This document shows positions 61,310-63,819 of a stretch of 63,819 nt of DNA, piece by piece. This DNA comes from a virus (taxonomy: Duplodnaviria; Caudoviricetes), in the IMG/VR virus record IMGVR_UViG_3300042465_004622, positions 1-63,819 of that record; one strand, written 5' to 3'. Position numbers and translations under genes: made by a program. The notes under the pieces are model-generated. The model saw only the letters and a program-made list of their open reading frames with translations. It did not search any database and was not told the DNA's origin. The first letter of the stretch is position 1. Each line of letters begins with the position of its first letter.

Positions 61310-61882
61310 TCATTCAGCACTGCAAAGGGCAGCTTCCAGCCTTTCGGCTTCTTCGCGTTCCTCAGCTTCCAGCCTTTCGGCTTCGTACTGCTCACGTGCC
61401 TCGCGCTCATCGTCTGCCGTGCTTTCGGCGAGGTCGTCGGCTGCGCTTGCCGCTTCGGTTTCAGTTTCGTAGATGTCTCCTTCGATAGCTGAGGCCATGC
61501 CCTCGCCCATAGTCCACCCTGCCATGAACCCGCGACCGCGTGGCAGACGAAAGACGAGACCTCTGATTTTAGTATCCTGATAATCATCTGCATACCATCC
61601 CGTGTGATTGATGCGCGTACCGGCTACTTCGTCGCAGTATTGCCAGCGCAGCGCGAAAGGTGCGGACCTGTCCCCGAGATAAAAACCTTTGCCTTTTCCG
61701 GCCTGCTCGGGCTTTGGTGCGTGATAGCAAGGTCCGCAAACGGGTTGCTTGTGCTGCTTGATGCGGTCCGATTTTTGACCGCGTGGCAGTGTCACCACGT
61801 AGCGAGGCCAGGAGAAGCTGGCAAAAGTAAACTCGGGGGTGGAGATGGGGAAATGCGTAGTCAGTGGTTTGAGTGTGCTCAT
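61310..61882 (-). CDS. Hypothetical protein with an acidic coiled-coil tail
   Basis: 190-aa ORF; INHTGWYADD..RGLVFRLP. Confidence 0.65.
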   Translation of the reverse strand: MSTLKPLTTHFPISTPEFTFASFSWPRYVVTLPRGQKSDRIKQHKQPVCGPCYHAPKPEQAGKGKGFYLGDRSAPFALRWQYCDEVAGTRINHTGWYADDYQDTKIRGLVFRLPRGRGFMAGWTMGEGMASAIEGDIYETETEAASAADDLAESTADDEREAREQYEAERLEAEEREEAERLEAALCSAE

Positions 61883-61932
61883 AGTGTCTTCCTTCTTTGT
61901 TGCTTTGTTTCTTTGGCCTAGCTTTGTGCTGG

Positions 61933-61981
61933 CCTCGCTTCCACCCTCTGAGATGTGAAGTCTAGAGGGCGGGGTGCGAGG
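61933..61981. other. Intergenic hairpin
   Basis: CCTCGC/GCGAGG outer and CCCTCT/AGAGGG inner stems. Confidence 0.45.
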
Positions 61982-61985
61982 TCAA

Positions 61986-62177
61986 TTAGGCGGCATCACA
62001 ATACTCCTGGTAACCTTCACCCGTTTTGAGCCACAGAGCAGCCAGGGCGGATTTTATAGGACTCCAGCCGTACTCATCCTGTAGCGCATGGCGGATTGCG
62101 TTCTGACTGTGGCGCTTGGCCTGTTTTCGGGCCTCGCTGAGGTTGCCGTTGATTAGATTTTCTAGGAGTGAGTGCAT
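61986..62177 (-). CDS. Hypothetical protein
   Basis: From MHSLLENLINGN. Confidence 0.55.
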   Translation of the reverse strand: MHSLLENLINGNLSEARKQAKRHSQNAIRHALQDEYGWSPIKSALAALWLKTGEGYQEYCDAA

Positions 62178-62181
62178 GGTC

Positions 62182-62340
62182 TTATTTTGTCCAATGTTTA
62201 CAAGCGCGGGTTGAAATGTAAAAGCGGGCGGAGGTGTCCGAAATCTGGTACTCTCTGACCATCTCACGGGCTTCTTTGCGCGTGTCGAATTGGTCCACAG
62301 TCTCAAGGTCTTTTTTGTCTTTGCGTTGGATGTAGTACAT
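62182..62340 (-). CDS. Small hypothetical protein
   Basis: MYYIQRKD..ETVDQF..EAREMVREY..YISTRACKHW. Confidence 0.6.
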   Translation of the reverse strand: MYYIQRKDKKDLETVDQFDTRKEAREMVREYQISDTSARFYISTRACKHWTK

Positions 62341-62351
62341 ATTAGTAGAGG

Positions 62352-62783
62352 TTAGTCGTTTTCTGTCAGGTCTTGGAAGGCACGCGCTACCTCCTCGCCT
62401 GCATACCATGCTAGCGCGTTGAGCACGTTCTGCGTTCCATCCTCACTGCGTCCGCCGTACAGCGCAGTACAGATTTCGCTTTCCGTCGGTTTGTTGTTTC
62501 GGAAACAGCCGAAATTTTGGATCATTTCGACAACGGACGAACCGAAATCAGCCGCCTGTTCGTTTGCCAGCGCTTGAATATAAGCTCGGTTTCGTTTGGC
62601 AAAAGCTAGCGTGTCAACGTAATAAATGAAGCCGTGAAACCCGCCGTCTATTCCATGGTTCGCGATGTCTGGGGCGGCATTTACAAAGTTTTTCCAGCCG
62701 CCGAGTTGCCGCACGACGGCGCGAATGAGGGGGGCGGGTACGCTGCTGCTTTCGATTAGTTTTTTGAGGGTATTGGTTTTCAT
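62352..62783 (-). CDS. Hypothetical phage protein, first gene of the - arm
   Basis: DIANHGIDGGFHGFIYY..NALAWYAGEEVA pattern. Confidence 0.7.
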   Translation of the reverse strand: MKTNTLKKLIESSSVPAPLIRAVVRQLGGWKNFVNAAPDIANHGIDGGFHGFIYYVDTLAFAKRNRAYIQALANEQAADFGSSVVEMIQNFGCFRNNKPTESEICTALYGGRSEDGTQNVLNALAWYAGEEVARAFQDLTEND

Positions 62784-62869
62784 GGTGTGGGGGTGTGTGG
62801 AGGTGTTTGGTTTGGTTTGCGCTCGTTTCGTTTGTCGAACGTGGGACCATTAAACCACACGGCCCAAAC

Positions 62870-63591
62870 TTTATCAACTGTTTTTTACTAAAATATCTAT
62901 TTTTTATTTTGGGGCGGGTTAATTGGTTGAAAATGAATAAAAAAGCGTCGGTCAGAAGTTTTTTCAACTTCTGACCGGAGGTGCCAAAAAACTGTCAAAA
63001 GTTAGGACAAAACCACTTTTTGGCAGCTTTTTTGTCTTGCGGTCAGCTTTTGACCAAATTTTACCTGGTCGCAGTATATCAAGCCAGTAGCCGCTAACAT
63101 ATAAGATAAAGAGGGATTTAGACCATTTTGTTGTCGGTGGCAGGCTTTGACACTACCAGAAAATTTTTTGACAGTGATTTATGGCAGTGTTTTAAAACTT
63201 CTGACCGAAGTTTTGACACATCATCATTGGTTAGGGAAAACATCTTGGAACCCTTATTCTACGGGGCTTGCAGAGTTTTGACTGTTTTTTATTTAATAAG
63301 TAGTTAGTTACTAATTGTCTAGATGTCAAAATATTTGAACGGTTTACATACAGTAATGAAAAGGAAATCGTGGTCTTATATCAATAAGGTATGTATGTAT
63401 ATCATCACGTTTTGTAATCCGCATCTATGGTACAAACTGCGCAAAACTTTTGGTAATTGGACAATGTAACTTTTTTACTGTTATTTTTTTATTCAGAAAG
63501 TCTAGCTTGTCGCTTTTTTAGTTAGGCTTGAACGTATAAAATCCGCGCATATATGGTCAGCATGGATATATTAACTAGATGGTATGGTGTG
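62870..63591. other. AT-rich non-coding region with inverted and direct TGAC-containing repeats (candidate origin or packaging control region)
   Basis: No ORF; 12-bp inverted repeat CGGTCAGAAGTT/AACTTCTGACCG near 62949; several TTTGAC/GTCAAA copies. Confidence 0.5.
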
Positions 63592-63819
63592 GCTGCCTGC
63601 TGCCTGCTGCCTGCTGCCTGCTGCCTGCTGCCTGCTGCCTGCTGCCTGCTGCCTGCTGCCTGCTGCCTGCTGCCTGCTGCCTGCTGCCTGCTTCCTGCTG
63701 CCTGCTGCCTGCTGCCTGCTGCCTGCTGCCTGCTGCCTGCTGCCTGCTGCCTGCTGCCTGCTGCCTGCTGCCTGCTGCCTGCTGCCTGCTGCCTGCTGCC
63801 TGCTGCCTGCTGCCTGCTG
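63592..63819. repeat. Tandem heptamer array (GCTGCCT)n, about 32 units, at the right contig end
   Basis: Same unit and orientation as the left end; one variant unit GCTTCCT at 63690-63696. Confidence 0.98.

Larger units (their letters stand above)
59105..61320. repeat. Dispersed bipartite repeat: core CGTTCACCGCTTTGGGTCGG (6 copies) plus G(A/G)GTTACAGA box at a fixed 69-bp span (4 copies)
   Basis: Core at 59105, 59408, 59756, 60072, 60382, 61252; full units 59105-59173, 59756-59824, 60072-60140, 60382-60450. Confidence 0.9.

Noticed and set aside
59105-61320. Repeat array read as CRISPR or integron attC sites
   Set aside because: Spacers are 300-900 bp and contain genes; no cas operon or tyrosine integrase was seen; units lack the attC inverted-repeat structure.

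Overview
This appears to be a complete or nearly complete ~63.8 kb tailed dsDNA phage genome, probably podovirus-like: no tape measure or sheath gene is evident and there is a 2982-aa ejection/polyvalent-type protein. Both contig ends are tandem arrays of the heptamer GCTGCCT. The left arm (+ strand, ~0.15-34.6 kb) holds a putative TerS, an HNH-type nuclease, portal, scaffold, major capsid, fibre proteins, lysis genes, two delta-60/Ig-like tail proteins separated by a methyltransferase-glycosyltransferase pair, and internal virion proteins. The right arm (- strand, ~34.6-62.8 kb) holds a glycosyltransferase/methyltransferase/oxygenase/MazG cluster, TerL, SNF2 helicase, VRR-NUC, DEDD exonuclease, family A DNA polymerase, SSB, three DNA methyltransferases, a Cas4-like exonuclease, primase-helicase, an XRE regulator and many small genes. 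I recognised no integrase, tRNA or CRISPR array. The strongest unexplained signal is that nine DNA-acting proteins, from eight different families, all end in an acidic/polar tail plus the tripeptide Asp-Phe-Cys-stop, encoded by different synonymous codons. This looks like a genome-wide C-terminal docking, targeting or modification tag. Other notable signals: a fixed-length 69-bp bipartite repeat between the small right-arm genes; a tail gene split mid-repeat by a Thr-rich tail + MTase + GT2 cassette; several accessory genes bounded by short direct repeats; and several structured intergenic RNA candidates. All product calls come from motifs recognised by eye; no searches were run.
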